Below, piece after piece: positions 40,209 to 49,006 of a DNA stretch of 64,000 nucleotides. The stretch covers positions 6,418 through 70,417 of the forward strand of contig CAYILA010000005.1 in assembly GCA_964364265.1 (NCBI GenBank). Reading direction: 5' to 3'. Each line of letters opens with the position of its first letter. Position 1 is the stretch's first letter. The DNA is from an uncultured Candidatus Saccharibacteria bacterium. GTDB taxonomy: Bacteria > Patescibacteriota > UBA1384 > XYA2-FULL-43-10 > 1-14-0-10-43-13. A program made the position numbers and the translations under genes. The notes below the pieces were generated by a model that was given only the letters and a program-made list of their open reading frames with translations, was not told the origin of the DNA and searched no databases.

Positions 40209-41415
40209 CAGCTTACCGGTCTATTTTGTCTGTGCCCTTGTGTTGTTCCTGCCCTTCAGTTCATGGCTGGTCAGTTATTTTGGGAATACTAACTTAAGTT
40301 TAGGACGCGATGTCCTGATTTTCTTAATCCTGTTTTCCTCATTGATTACCAAACGGTTTCAATTCAACAAAACCGCAACCGTGTATCTTGCGCTTGCTTT
40401 TATTATCTGGGCTGTTGCCACATTTTTCTGGCGGGAAGCGAGTGTCGAACAATGGTTGAGAGGGATGCGGTTCGACCTTGGTCCGATTGTTTTCTTCCTG
40501 TCTTTGGCGAACTTGAGATTAAAAAAGGGAGAGTTAAGGTCAATTATAGTTTCGGTGATATTGAGCTTCATCGTAATATCGATTTTTGCGATTTTAGAGA
40601 TCCTAAATGTCCCGGTTCCGTTGACCAGCAGTCATTCAGGGAGTGGTTCCCTTACTAGATTGTTCTATATCGAAGGGGATAATTGGCGTCGCATACAAGC
40701 GATTTTAGCCGGTCCGAACGCCCTGGGTTTATTCCTATTGGTTTCCGCCGCTTACATTGCCGGCGCTTTTCGAGCGGTGAACAAAAATCTCAAATACCTG
40801 ATGATAATAGTGGTCCCTTTGGTCGTCTTCACTTACTCAAGAAGCGCTCTACTCGGTTTGCTGCTAGTCCTTTTTATCCTGTTCTATCGCTTCATCGACC
40901 GGAAATTTGGCCGGCTGAATGCCGTCTTCGTCATTGTCCTTTTGTTTGTGGCACTGGGATTTTTCGTCCAATATCTTCGGATTACCCCGAAATATGAGGA
41001 TTTGATTACCCATAAAGCTTCATCGAGCCTTAGGGTGGAGCAGTATGAACGGATTTGGGAGACTCGCGCCGATTTTGAGATCAAAGGCCGCGGTGCCGGA
41101 GCGGCCGGACCATCGAGCCAAAACCGCATTGACGGAGGTCCGAATGTCTGGACGGAAAACGTTTATCTGGACATTTTTGAGACCTACGGGATTGTCGGTC
41201 TGGTCTTGTACCTTGCGATTCTGATACTGCTTGTGGTAAATAATTGGCGTATTAGAAATGACTACAACCGGACGGCGTTATTGGCTCTAGCCGGTTTTTC
41301 ATTCACCGGAATATTCATCAATTATTACACCGGACAGGTCGGAATTTACTTATTCTGGCTTGCTCTTGCTTTGACTTTGCAGGATAATCTATCCAATGAA
41401 AAAAATACTAATTGA
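40195..41415 (+). CDS. O-antigen ligase/polymerase family membrane protein (third copy)
   Basis: Multi-TM with a large periplasmic loop and NVYLDIFETYGIVGLVLYL, analogous to the upstream gene. Confidence 0.55.
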   Translation: MKRPNSLPVYFVCALVLFLPFSSWLVSYFGNTNLSLGRDVLIFLILFSSLITKRFQFNKTATVYLALAFIIWAVATFFWREASVEQWLRGMRFDLGPIVFFLSLANLRLKKGELRSIIVSVILSFIVISIFAILEILNVPVPLTSSHSGSGSLTRLFYIEGDNWRRIQAILAGPNALGLFLLVSAAYIAGAFRAVNKNLKYLMIIVVPLVVFTYSRSALLGLLLVLFILFYRFIDRKFGRLNAVFVIVLLFVALGFFVQYLRITPKYEDLITHKASSSLRVEQYERIWETRADFEIKGRGAGAAGPSSQNRIDGGPNVWTENVYLDIFETYGIVGLVLYLAILILLVVNNWRIRNDYNRTALLALAGFSFTGIFINYYTGQVGIYLFWLALALTLQDNLSNEKNTN

Positions 41416-42649
41416 CGGACGATTTGTCGGAATAGGCGAGTCGATGACACGCTATACCTTGGAGATTCTGCGGGGTATTTTGAAATTGGACCGAGAGAAT
41501 CAATACACTCTCCTGATAAGACCGTGCGGCCGTAAATCGCTGGATGATTATTTTGCGGTCATTCCCGCGGAAGCGGGAATCCAGGGGATGGATCCTCGGA
41601 TCAAGTCCGAGGATGATAATAGGGGTAAACTAATAATTCAACAATATAACAATTTGACAATTGAATTGTTGGACATACCTCACTATTCAATTAACGAACA
41701 ATTGAAATTATTGAAGTACTTGAACCGGAAGAATTTTGATCTGGTACATTTTATCCAGTTCAACCACCCGATCCGTTATAAGGGCAGTTTCGTAGTAACG
41801 GTCCATGACATGACGATGGTTGGCTATCTGCGCCGCGCCAACCCGATTCGCCGGATTGCTTTTACGAAAGTTATGGAATCGGCTGTTGCAAACTCCAAAA
41901 AAATCATCACTGTTTCAAACACGGCTAAAAAAGAGATCGTTGATTTTTATAAAATAAATCCGGAGAAGGTTGAGGTCGTCTACAATGGTTTGAATCATGA
42001 AAGTTATAACTCCAGAGTCAGGGAAAAGAGTACTGAAATTAAAAAAGTCCTGGAAAAGTTCAATATCGACAAAGAATACATTCTCTACACCGGAATGTGG
42101 AAGGAGCACAAGAATATTTTACGGTTAGTGTATGCCTTTGAAAAATTCTCTGAAATGCGTCTTCCTGATCCAAAATCGCGGATTATAAAACTGGTTTTGG
42201 CCGGAAAAGCGGACAAAGATGAGAAGGAAATACTTACCGAACTCGGCCGGATCAACCAATCCTTAAATATGAAATACAATGTCCGCGAGGCGATTATCAC
42301 GCCGGGATATATCGAAGAGTCAGAGCTTCCCTTGCTTTACAGCGGAGCAACCGCCTATGTCTTTGCCTCGCTCTCCGAGGGATTCGGCATGCCGCCGCTC
42401 GAATCAATGGCTTGCGGCACGCCCGTAATAGCTTCGGAGGTTTCAGCCATGCCGGAGGTATTGGGGGAGGCCGCCATTTACTTTGATCCGCTGGACTCGA
42501 CCAATATTGCCGAGGCGATGGAGGAAGTAACCGAGAACAAAAATGAGAGAGTTGAGATAATTAAAAAGGGCTACGACCAGGTTAAAAAGTACGATTGGTC
42601 AAAAACTGCCGAGGAAACGCTCAAGGTTTACAAGGATATTCTTAAGTAA
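41396..42649 (+). CDS. glycosyltransferase family 1 (GT4)
   Basis: [20 protein letters not shown] is a canonical GT4 E-x7-E region. Confidence 0.75.
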   Translation: MKKILIDGRFVGIGESMTRYTLEILRGILKLDRENQYTLLIRPCGRKSLDDYFAVIPAEAGIQGMDPRIKSEDDNRGKLIIQQYNNLTIELLDIPHYSINEQLKLLKYLNRKNFDLVHFIQFNHPIRYKGSFVVTVHDMTMVGYLRRANPIRRIAFTKVMESAVANSKKIITVSNTAKKEIVDFYKINPEKVEVVYNGLNHESYNSRVREKSTEIKKVLEKFNIDKEYILYTGMWKEHKNILRLVYAFEKFSEMRLPDPKSRIIKLVLAGKADKDEKEILTELGRINQSLNMKYNVREAIITPGYIEESELPLLYSGATAYVFASLSEGFGMPPLESMACGTPVIASEVSAMPEVLGEAAIYFDPLDSTNIAEAMEEVTENKNERVEIIKKGYDQVKKYDWSKTAEETLKVYKDILK

Positions 42650-42667
42650 AAAGTCCATAATGTAAGT

Positions 42668-42745
42668 TTGTCATCCTAACGCTTTTATTCTTGTCATCCC
42701 GACCAACGCGGAGGGATCTTTAAAAAGATTCCTCGATTCGTTTCA
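42668..42745. repeat. palindromic repeat family 1 copy (gtcatcccga...gagggatc core), partial
   Basis: gtcatcctaacgc...gtcatcccgaccaacgcggagggatctttaaaaagattcctcgattcg shares the arms of the other family-1 copies. Confidence 0.6.
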
Positions 42746-42882
42746 TCAGCCCAAAGGGTCCCCTTAGGGGGAAATCAGCCAATCAGCAACGCCCTTAAGC
42801 ACTGATTGAGTGTAAATGGGTGTAAATACGAGAGACCCGCACCACTAAAGTAAAGGTGCGGGTCTCGGTAAACCACCCCGAT

Positions 42883-43287
42883 TTATCGGGGTGGCGGAAA
42901 AAGGTGGATGATTAGCGGTGATTTTTTCACCGCTAATTTCGTTGTCCCCAAAGAGCGATTCCTGTCCCAGAGGCAGAAGTCATACTTCCTTCCCGAGACA
43001 AGCTCTACATCTCCCTCAAAGAAGGGGTAGTGCACTCTGCGCGCCAGGATAACGCTGCCGTAGTGGTAACTTCCTGACGCAAAACAGAGTTCCCCTCTCT
43101 TAATTCCCTCGGAAACGCCCGGGACGACGATCCGGACATGAATTGACCAGGTATTGATAGGTTTCAGTACCAGGATTTCGACCTCGTCGTTAGCCGGCGC
43201 GCTCCAGAGCGTCGGGAGCAGGCCGCAAACAACCGCGGCCCCGATGATGACCATGATCCAAAGGAGAAATACCTTGACCATTTTCAT
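42883..43287 (-). CDS. small secreted hypothetical protein (GC-rich, atypical composition)
   Basis: 134 aa with a signal/TM N-terminus. Strong RBS (aggagagg) 7 nt upstream. Noticeably higher GC than neighbouring genes. It abuts a palindromic repeat (43304-43366). Confidence 0.35.
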   Translation of the reverse strand: MKMVKVFLLWIMVIIGAAVVCGLLPTLWSAPANDEVEILVLKPINTWSIHVRIVVPGVSEGIKRGELCFASGSYHYGSVILARRVHYPFFEGDVELVSGRKYDFCLWDRNRSLGTTKLAVKKSPLIIHLFPPPR

Positions 43288-43303
43288 TTTATTCCTCTCC
43301 TAA

Positions 43304-43366
43304 CCGCGGAGTTAGTCAAAACACACGCTGCAGCGTATGTTTTGACACAGTTTTCATGCTCCGCGG
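43304..43366. repeat. long inverted repeat containing perfect 32-bp palindrome gtcaaaacacacgctgcagcgtatgttttgac (copy 1 of 2)
   Basis: The palindrome is centred on CTGCAG and flanked by ccgcggag/ctccgcgg. It shares ~55 bp with the second copy at 47203-47258. Confidence 0.8.
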
Positions 43367-43575
43367 AATTTGGTCGTTGAGCGTATAATAGCAGGAAATA
43401 GTAATAAGTCAATATTGAAGAGAATAATCAAATCTGTTAAATTGTAGGCGTTGAATTTTACTATTATTCAAGCTGAATCTAATTCAGTTGGCCCCGGCAC
43501 CAGAACCCGATGAACGGGTACGGTGCGGGGTTAATTTTCTTGAAAGGACCGGGTAGTGAAATTTCGAAAGCGATT

Positions 43576-43836
43576 ATGCATTACGTATACTTAATAAGAA
43601 GCGAAGCAAACGACCAATTGTATATTGGTTATACAACAAATATTAAACGAAGGATTTTGGAGCATAATCGCGGCGAAAACCAGTCAACGAAACATTATAA
43701 ACCATGGAAATTAATATTCGCCGAAATCTATATTGAAGAGATGGATGCGAAGCGTCGAGAACAATATTTAAAAACTAATCAAGGGAGTAGGTTGTTGAAG
43801 AGAATGCTAAAGGAATATTTCTACAGGCATCCATAA
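43576..43836 (+). CDS. GIY-YIG nuclease domain protein
   Basis: HYVYLIRSEANDQLYIGYTTNIKRRILEHNRG matches the GIY-YIG motif (YVY...YIGxT...R..EH). The start is probably ATG at 43576 rather than the ORF-track 43510. Confidence 0.7.
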   Translation: MHYVYLIRSEANDQLYIGYTTNIKRRILEHNRGENQSTKHYKPWKLIFAEIYIEEMDAKRREQYLKTNQGSRLLKRMLKEYFYRHP

Positions 43837-43863
43837 TCGAAATTCTACTACCCGGGGAGATAT

Positions 43864-45978
43864 ATGGTAACAAACGCCATGATCATCGCTTTTGGGGCAT
43901 CGGCGCTGGCTCTTATCTATGGAATCTTGCTGATCACAATCATCAACAAGAAACCGGCCGGGAACAAGAGAATGACCGATATCGCCAAGGCAATCTCAGA
44001 GGGTGCTTCCGCTTTTCTAAACCGCCAGTACACGACTGTGGCGGCTGTGGCGGCGGTACTATTCGTAATTTTGCTCTACGCCTTTAACTGGCAGACGGCA
44101 GTCGGTTTTATCACCGGTGCAATTCTCTCGGCATTGGCCGGATACATCGGCATGAACATCTCGGTTCGGGCCAATGTCCGCACCGCCGAGGCCTCCAAAG
44201 ACGGAGTTGGCGCCGGTATGGGCGTGGCATTCAAGGCCGGAACAGTTACCGGTATGTTTGTAGTCGGGCTCTCGCTCCTAGCTGTGACTTTGTTCTATTA
44301 CATTTTTAGAAATACGACCGCTCTGATCGGATTCGGATTCGGCGGTTCACTGATCTCAATCTTTGCCCGTCTTGGCGGGGGAATCTTCACCAAAGGCGCC
44401 GATGTCGGGGCCGACTTGGTCGGCAAGGTGGAAGCCGGTATTCCGGAAGACGACCCACGCAACCCGGCTGTAATCGCCGATAATGTCGGGGACAATGTCG
44501 GCGACTGCGCCGGTATGGCCGCCGATTTATTCGAAACCTATTCAGTCACCACCGTGGCGGCAATGCTTCTGGGATCTCTGATGTTTATCAGTTTTGAAAA
44601 CGCAATCGTTTATCCGCTCGTCTTGGGCGGTATCTCAATTGTGGCTTCTATTTTGGGCACATTTTTCGTCAGATTATCCAAGAATTCAAAAAATATTATG
44701 GGCGCGCTTTACAAAGGTCTGATCGCCTCCGGCGTCTTGGCTGGCGGCGCCTTCTATTTTGCAACCAAGTGGTTAATGGAAGGAAACGGACTTTATTCCG
44801 TCAACAACCTTTACTATGCATCATTGTTAGGCCTATTAGTCACAGCTCTGATGGTTGTCATCACCGAGTACTTTACCTCGACCAAATACAATCCGGTCAA
44901 GTCAATCGCCGACGCTTCAACCACAGGGCACGGCACCAATGTGATCGCCGGCCTTGCTGTTTCGATGCGTTCGACTGCCGCACCGGTTATCGTCATTGCC
45001 GCCGCCATTCTTGGCGCATTCCAATTAGCCGATCTTTACGGCGTAGCAATTGCCGTTGTTTCAATGCTTTCAATGGCCGGAATTGTGGTCGCCATCGACG
45101 CTTTCGGTCCGGTTGTCGATAACGCCGGCGGTATCGCCGAAATGGCCGAGCTTCCGGAAAGTGTTCGCGTCCACACCGACGCCCTCGATGCGGTTGGAAA
45201 TACAACCAAAGCGGTTACCAAGGGTTACGCTATCGCTTCTGCCGGATTGGCCGCCGTGGTACTTTTCGCGGCATATATTCAGGAACTTGCCAATGCCGGC
45301 AAGATCTTAAGTTTTGATCTGGCCGATCCGAAAGTAATTGTCGGCCTATTCATCGGCGGACTCTTACCTTATTACTTCGGTTCGCTGGCCATGGAAGCGG
45401 TTGGAAAAGCAGGAAGCGCAGTTGTGATTGAAGTTAGACGCCAGTTCCGCGAGATTAAGGGAATTATGGAGGGCAAAGCCAAGCCGGATTATAAAAAAGC
45501 GGTTGATATCGTAACTCGAGCCGCTCTTCGCGAGATGATTTTGCCGACATTCGTGGCTGTTGCCTCACCACTACTGGTCGGTTTTCTCTTGGGTCCGGTC
45601 GCCCTTGGTGGATTCCTAGTTGGTACAATCATCACCGGTATTTTCATCGCAATCTCAATGACCTCCGGCGGCGGAGCTTGGGACAACGCCAAAAAATATA
45701 TTGAGAGCGGTGCGCATGGCGGAAAGGGTTCCTTGGCCCATCAGGCCGCTGTTACCGGCGATACAGTCGGCGATCCATACAAGGACACCGCCGGCCCGGC
45801 TATTAACCCGATTATTAAAGTTGTAAATATTATCGCCCTGATGATCGCCCCGATGTTGGCAAAATCCGAGGGGTCGCTGACGATGAAAGTGGTGGTTGTC
45901 GGTATAGTCGTGATTGCTTTTGCCGCTTACGCATTATTCGGCACCAAGAAATCTGTCTCGCCTAAAGCCGGTAATTAA
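43864..45978 (+). CDS. hppA: membrane-bound H+/Na+-translocating pyrophosphatase
   Basis: [18 protein letters not shown] and [10 protein letters not shown] motifs; 704 aa multi-TM. Confidence 0.9.
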   Translation: MVTNAMIIAFGASALALIYGILLITIINKKPAGNKRMTDIAKAISEGASAFLNRQYTTVAAVAAVLFVILLYAFNWQTAVGFITGAILSALAGYIGMNISVRANVRTAEASKDGVGAGMGVAFKAGTVTGMFVVGLSLLAVTLFYYIFRNTTALIGFGFGGSLISIFARLGGGIFTKGADVGADLVGKVEAGIPEDDPRNPAVIADNVGDNVGDCAGMAADLFETYSVTTVAAMLLGSLMFISFENAIVYPLVLGGISIVASILGTFFVRLSKNSKNIMGALYKGLIASGVLAGGAFYFATKWLMEGNGLYSVNNLYYASLLGLLVTALMVVITEYFTSTKYNPVKSIADASTTGHGTNVIAGLAVSMRSTAAPVIVIAAAILGAFQLADLYGVAIAVVSMLSMAGIVVAIDAFGPVVDNAGGIAEMAELPESVRVHTDALDAVGNTTKAVTKGYAIASAGLAAVVLFAAYIQELANAGKILSFDLADPKVIVGLFIGGLLPYYFGSLAMEAVGKAGSAVVIEVRRQFREIKGIMEGKAKPDYKKAVDIVTRAALREMILPTFVAVASPLLVGFLLGPVALGGFLVGTIITGIFIAISMTSGGGAWDNAKKYIESGAHGGKGSLAHQAAVTGDTVGDPYKDTAGPAINPIIKVVNIIALMIAPMLAKSEGSLTMKVVVVGIVVIAFAAYALFGTKKSVSPKAGN

Positions 45979-46209
45979 ATGAAAAAAGATCATTCAAATG
46001 AGGTTGCGGTATCTCTTGACCGGTTTGAAGGAAATAAAGCGGTCTTGATTCTGGATGGCGAGGAAATAAATATTCCCAAAAAATATTTAAAAGATGCCAA
46101 AGAGGGGGATCAGGTTGTGATGATCTTGACCACTGACGAGGAGCTTAGGAAACAGAAAGAGGAGCGCGCCAAGAAGCTCCTAAACGAAATCCTCAAAGAG
46201 GGAAAGTAA
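45979..46209 (+). CDS. small hypothetical protein (DUF3006-like)
   Basis: 76 aa (LDRFEGNKAVLILDGEEINIPKKYL). ATGA-type junction with hppA. Followed by a terminator. Confidence 0.4.
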   Translation: MKKDHSNEVAVSLDRFEGNKAVLILDGEEINIPKKYLKDAKEGDQVVMILTTDEELRKQKEERAKKLLNEILKEGK

Positions 46210-46235
46210 AATAAGATAAAATATTGAATAAATGA

Positions 46236-46263
46236 AAAGCCCCAGTTTTCCGGGGCTTTTCTG
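46236..46263 (+). terminator. rho-independent terminator
   Basis: aaaagccccagttttccggggctttt: GC stem (gcccc/ggggc) followed by a T-run, immediately after the hppA-DUF3006 pair. Confidence 0.6.
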
Positions 46264-46494
46264 ATTATAAAACCGCTATTGCCAGAATATCTTAGTATGT
46301 GGTAGATAAATAGTTTCTCGCCCAAGGCGAGTAGGCCTGCTTTCAGGCCACAATGCCCGGATTTCTCTTTCTTCGGGAAGGGGAACGAACGAGTGGAAGC
46401 ACACCAGGTCGATCAAACCGCTTTGCGCGGTAATCTCACCCAAGGTGAAGAGGGCTGCTGTCAGCCCACCCGGTCTTCCTGGAGGAGGAAAAAG

Positions 46495-47128
46495 GATGAA
46501 AACTGATTCGTGGCGGCAGGGCGGTAAGACTCGGTATTACCGGGTTGAGATCGGAGCTGATAAGCCGCTTTCTGTTGGAGTGGTTTGGGAGTATGACTTT
46601 GAACCGGCGTTCAAGTTCGTATCTTTCGATGATTACAATCCCATCAGCGGTCAGCGGAAAACCAGGGTCATCGGTCAACCAAACAAGCCGATGAAAGCGA
46701 TCCACAAGGACTTCGTCAAGTATCTGCGGAGGCAGGAAATGCTGGAAAACCGGTATTTTCTCAGAGTTATTTTCCAGTGTATGGTTTACGACAACGATGA
46801 GCGTCATCGCCCGCCTGTCGTAATACGACCAATCCTCTGTTTCGAGGTCGAGATTGCCTCGGAAGTATACAATGGTATCGAGTCGAAAACACTTGCGCTC
46901 GGCATTGGCTGGCTCGAGGGTACTGTCGAAAATGTGCCCAGCATCCAGTTTTCCAGGAGGCAGTTCGAGATCAAGGATGGATTAATTTGCTGTTTTCTGG
47001 AGTACTCGGCAGACCTCAATCTCCACAACCTCGAGGCCTTTGAATTTGCTATGGTTGCAAGTGGATGGGCTCGTTCCGAGCCCCTCTTATCGGATGTTGC
47101 TGGAGTATACCGACAGGATGGCACATAA
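46495..47128 (+). CDS. hypothetical protein in GC-rich island (no recognisable domain)
   Basis: Strong RBS ggaggagg before the ATG at 46495 (the ORF-track start at 46445 is probably too early). GC ~50% versus ~40% for neighbours. Followed by a palindromic repeat at 47203-47258. Confidence 0.35.
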
Positions 47129-47202
47129 AATGTGCCACAGAGTATATCCCCGTGATGGTTCGCCGCCACGGGGATTTTCGTATCTTGGTGCCCTCTACAA
47201 TT

Positions 47203-47258
47203 CCTAATTGCGGAGTTGGTCAAAACATACGCTGCAGCGTATATTTTGACACAGTTAA
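47203..47258. repeat. palindromic repeat gtcaaaacatacgctgcagcgtatattttgac with shared left flank (copy 2 of 2)
   Basis: cctaattgcggagttggtcaaaacatacgctgcagcgtatattttgacacagtt is ~90% identical to 43296-43350. Confidence 0.8.
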
Positions 47259-47368
47259 TTTGTCATGTCTGTATTGGTTTATAACCCTAGTCTAACAAAC
47301 CAGTCTGTTGTAGTGGGGGGTGAAGAGTAGGAGTGGTGAATGTTCGCTAATTGTGCTAATTTGAGTGT

Positions 47369-48952
47369 ATGAACATTCACGAACTACAAGAAAAAATATC
47401 AGAGAAAGAGTTTGATTTTGTGCGCGGGATATTAAACATAACTCCGAATGTGCGGGTATTTCTGGTCGGGGGAATCGTCCGCGACGCCTTACTCGGCCGG
47501 GAGAATCCGGATTATGATTTTGTGGTTGAAAACATTGAAATCGATAAGTTGGTCGAGATATTAAAGGGTTACGGCAGGGTAACTGATGTTTCCGGACGCA
47601 ATTTCGGGGTGATTAAATTCACTCCGGAGGGGGAAAAACGGCAGTTTGACCTCTCCATACCACGAACGGAGAGGTATCAGAGCGGAAAGCGAAGGTCTGA
47701 CGCAGAGGTCAAGACCGATAAAGTGACTCTGAAAGACGATTTCATGCGCCGTGACTTTACGGTAAATGCAATCGCAATTCCATTGAATAAAGTCATTTCT
47801 ACAAAATCAGATCCATTGTCATCCCGAGCGACCGGAAGGGAGTCGAGGGATCTTTTAGAAGATTCCTCCGCTTCGGTCGGAATGACAGGAAACGACGGGT
47901 TGATGGAAATCTACGACCTCTTCGGTGGGGTTGAAGACATTCAAAACAAGATTATCCGGGCGGTTGGTGATCCGGAGGAAAGATTCGAAGAAGACCCGAC
48001 AAGGATCCTACGGGCCGTCAGATTTGCCTGCCGGCTTGATTTTGAAATTGAGCCAGAAACATTTTCGGCAATGAAAAAATTAAAAGGGGAGATATTAAAA
48101 ACATTTGAAAAAGAGGACGGAACCAAACTTCAAAGAGTGTCGAATGAGATGATTGGAATTGAAATCGCCAAGGCAATCGAAGGAAATCCGATTAAATTTT
48201 TAAGTCTTTTCGACGATTTGGGCTTACTTCCGGAGTTATTGCCGGAAATCGAAAAGTTAAAGGGTGTAGAACAGCCGATCGAGTGGCACAGTGAGGGTGA
48301 CGCCTTTGTCCATACTAAATTGGTGGTTTCAAATATTCCGGCCGATTCGTCGCTCGAACTAAAATTAGCGGCATTATTCCACGACATTGGAAAATATGAC
48401 ACGAGGGAACCCAAAACAGTAAATCAGCTAATCAGTAAATCAGCTAATCAGCAAACAATTCACTTTTATGGGCATGACAAGGTTTCGGTTGAAAAAGCGA
48501 GGCTAATACTAAATAGATACAGGTTCAAAAAAGATCTTATCGAAAATGTCTCTTGGTTGATCGAAAACCATATGAGGATTATGTCATTCCCGCAGATGAG
48601 AATATTTAAACAAAAAGATATGGCGCGCCATCCGCAATTTTTAAATCTGATCAAATTATCGGAGGCTGATGATGCGGCGACTATTCCGACCACGGCCAAA
48701 AAGTCGGTTTTTCTGCCGACGGTACGGGAAATCGTAAAACAGCTTGAGGAAGAAGAGAAAGCCGGCAAACCACGCCAGATATTGAACGGTAATGAAATCA
48801 TAGAACTATTAAAACGGGAAAAGCCGGGTTTTGATATTAAAAGTGAGGGAAAACTGATTGGAGAACTTAAGAGAAAAGTGAACGAAGAGTATGACGAAGG
48901 TCTTATTAAAAGCAAAAACGAAGCCCTTGATTGGCTTCGTTCCAATGTCTGA
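47369..48952 (+). CDS. cca: CCA-adding tRNA nucleotidyltransferase with HD domain, carrying an in-frame repeat-element insertion
   Basis: LVGGIVRDALLG, RRDFTVNAIAI, GDPEERFEEDPTRILRAVRF (head domain) and LAALFHDIGK (HD). Residues SSRATGRESRDLLEDSSASVGMT are encoded by a copy of the family-1 palindromic repeat (47818-47887). Confidence 0.8.
   Translation: MNIHELQEKISEKEFDFVRGILNITPNVRVFLVGGIVRDALLGRENPDYDFVVENIEIDKLVEILKGYGRVTDVSGRNFGVIKFTPEGEKRQFDLSIPRTERYQSGKRRSDAEVKTDKVTLKDDFMRRDFTVNAIAIPLNKVISTKSDPLSSRATGRESRDLLEDSSASVGMTGNDGLMEIYDLFGGVEDIQNKIIRAVGDPEERFEEDPTRILRAVRFACRLDFEIEPETFSAMKKLKGEILKTFEKEDGTKLQRVSNEMIGIEIAKAIEGNPIKFLSLFDDLGLLPELLPEIEKLKGVEQPIEWHSEGDAFVHTKLVVSNIPADSSLELKLAALFHDIGKYDTREPKTVNQLISKSANQQTIHFYGHDKVSVEKARLILNRYRFKKDLIENVSWLIENHMRIMSFPQMRIFKQKDMARHPQFLNLIKLSEADDAATIPTTAKKSVFLPTVREIVKQLEEEEKAGKPRQILNGNEIIELLKREKPGFDIKSEGKLIGELKRKVNEEYDEGLIKSKNEALDWLRSNV
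47818..47887. repeat. palindromic repeat family 1 copy, inserted in-frame in cca
   Basis: gtcatcccgagcgaccggaagggagtcgagggatcttttagaagattcctccgcttcggtcggaatgac is nearly the reverse complement of the copy at 60776-60876. Confidence 0.75.
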
Positions 48953-49006
48953 AAGATTAATTTGTTGAAATCAAGAAATTAGGTATAATGGAATTGAATT
49001 GTCGTA

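Noticed and set aside
46290-47128. Retron or group II intron (GC-rich structured region followed by an ORF)
   Set aside because: The 227-aa ORF has no reverse-transcriptase motifs (no YADD or similar). No intron domain V-like sequence is evident. It is kept only as a GC-rich island of unknown function.
46804-47223. Minus-strand ORFs (46436-46807, 46804-47223) overlapping the GC-rich island ORF
   Set aside because: They are low-complexity translations typical of spurious antisense ORFs in GC-rich DNA and lack an RBS. The 139-aa one would start with TTG inside the palindrome. The plus-strand ORF, which has a strong RBS, is preferred.
48418-48459. 16-bp tandem duplication gtaaatcagctaatca x2 inside cca as a frameshift-prone site
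   Set aside because: Only two copies, and the reading frame is intact (encoding NQLISKSANQQ). This is probably a recent small duplication with no evidence of variability, so it is not reported as a separate finding.
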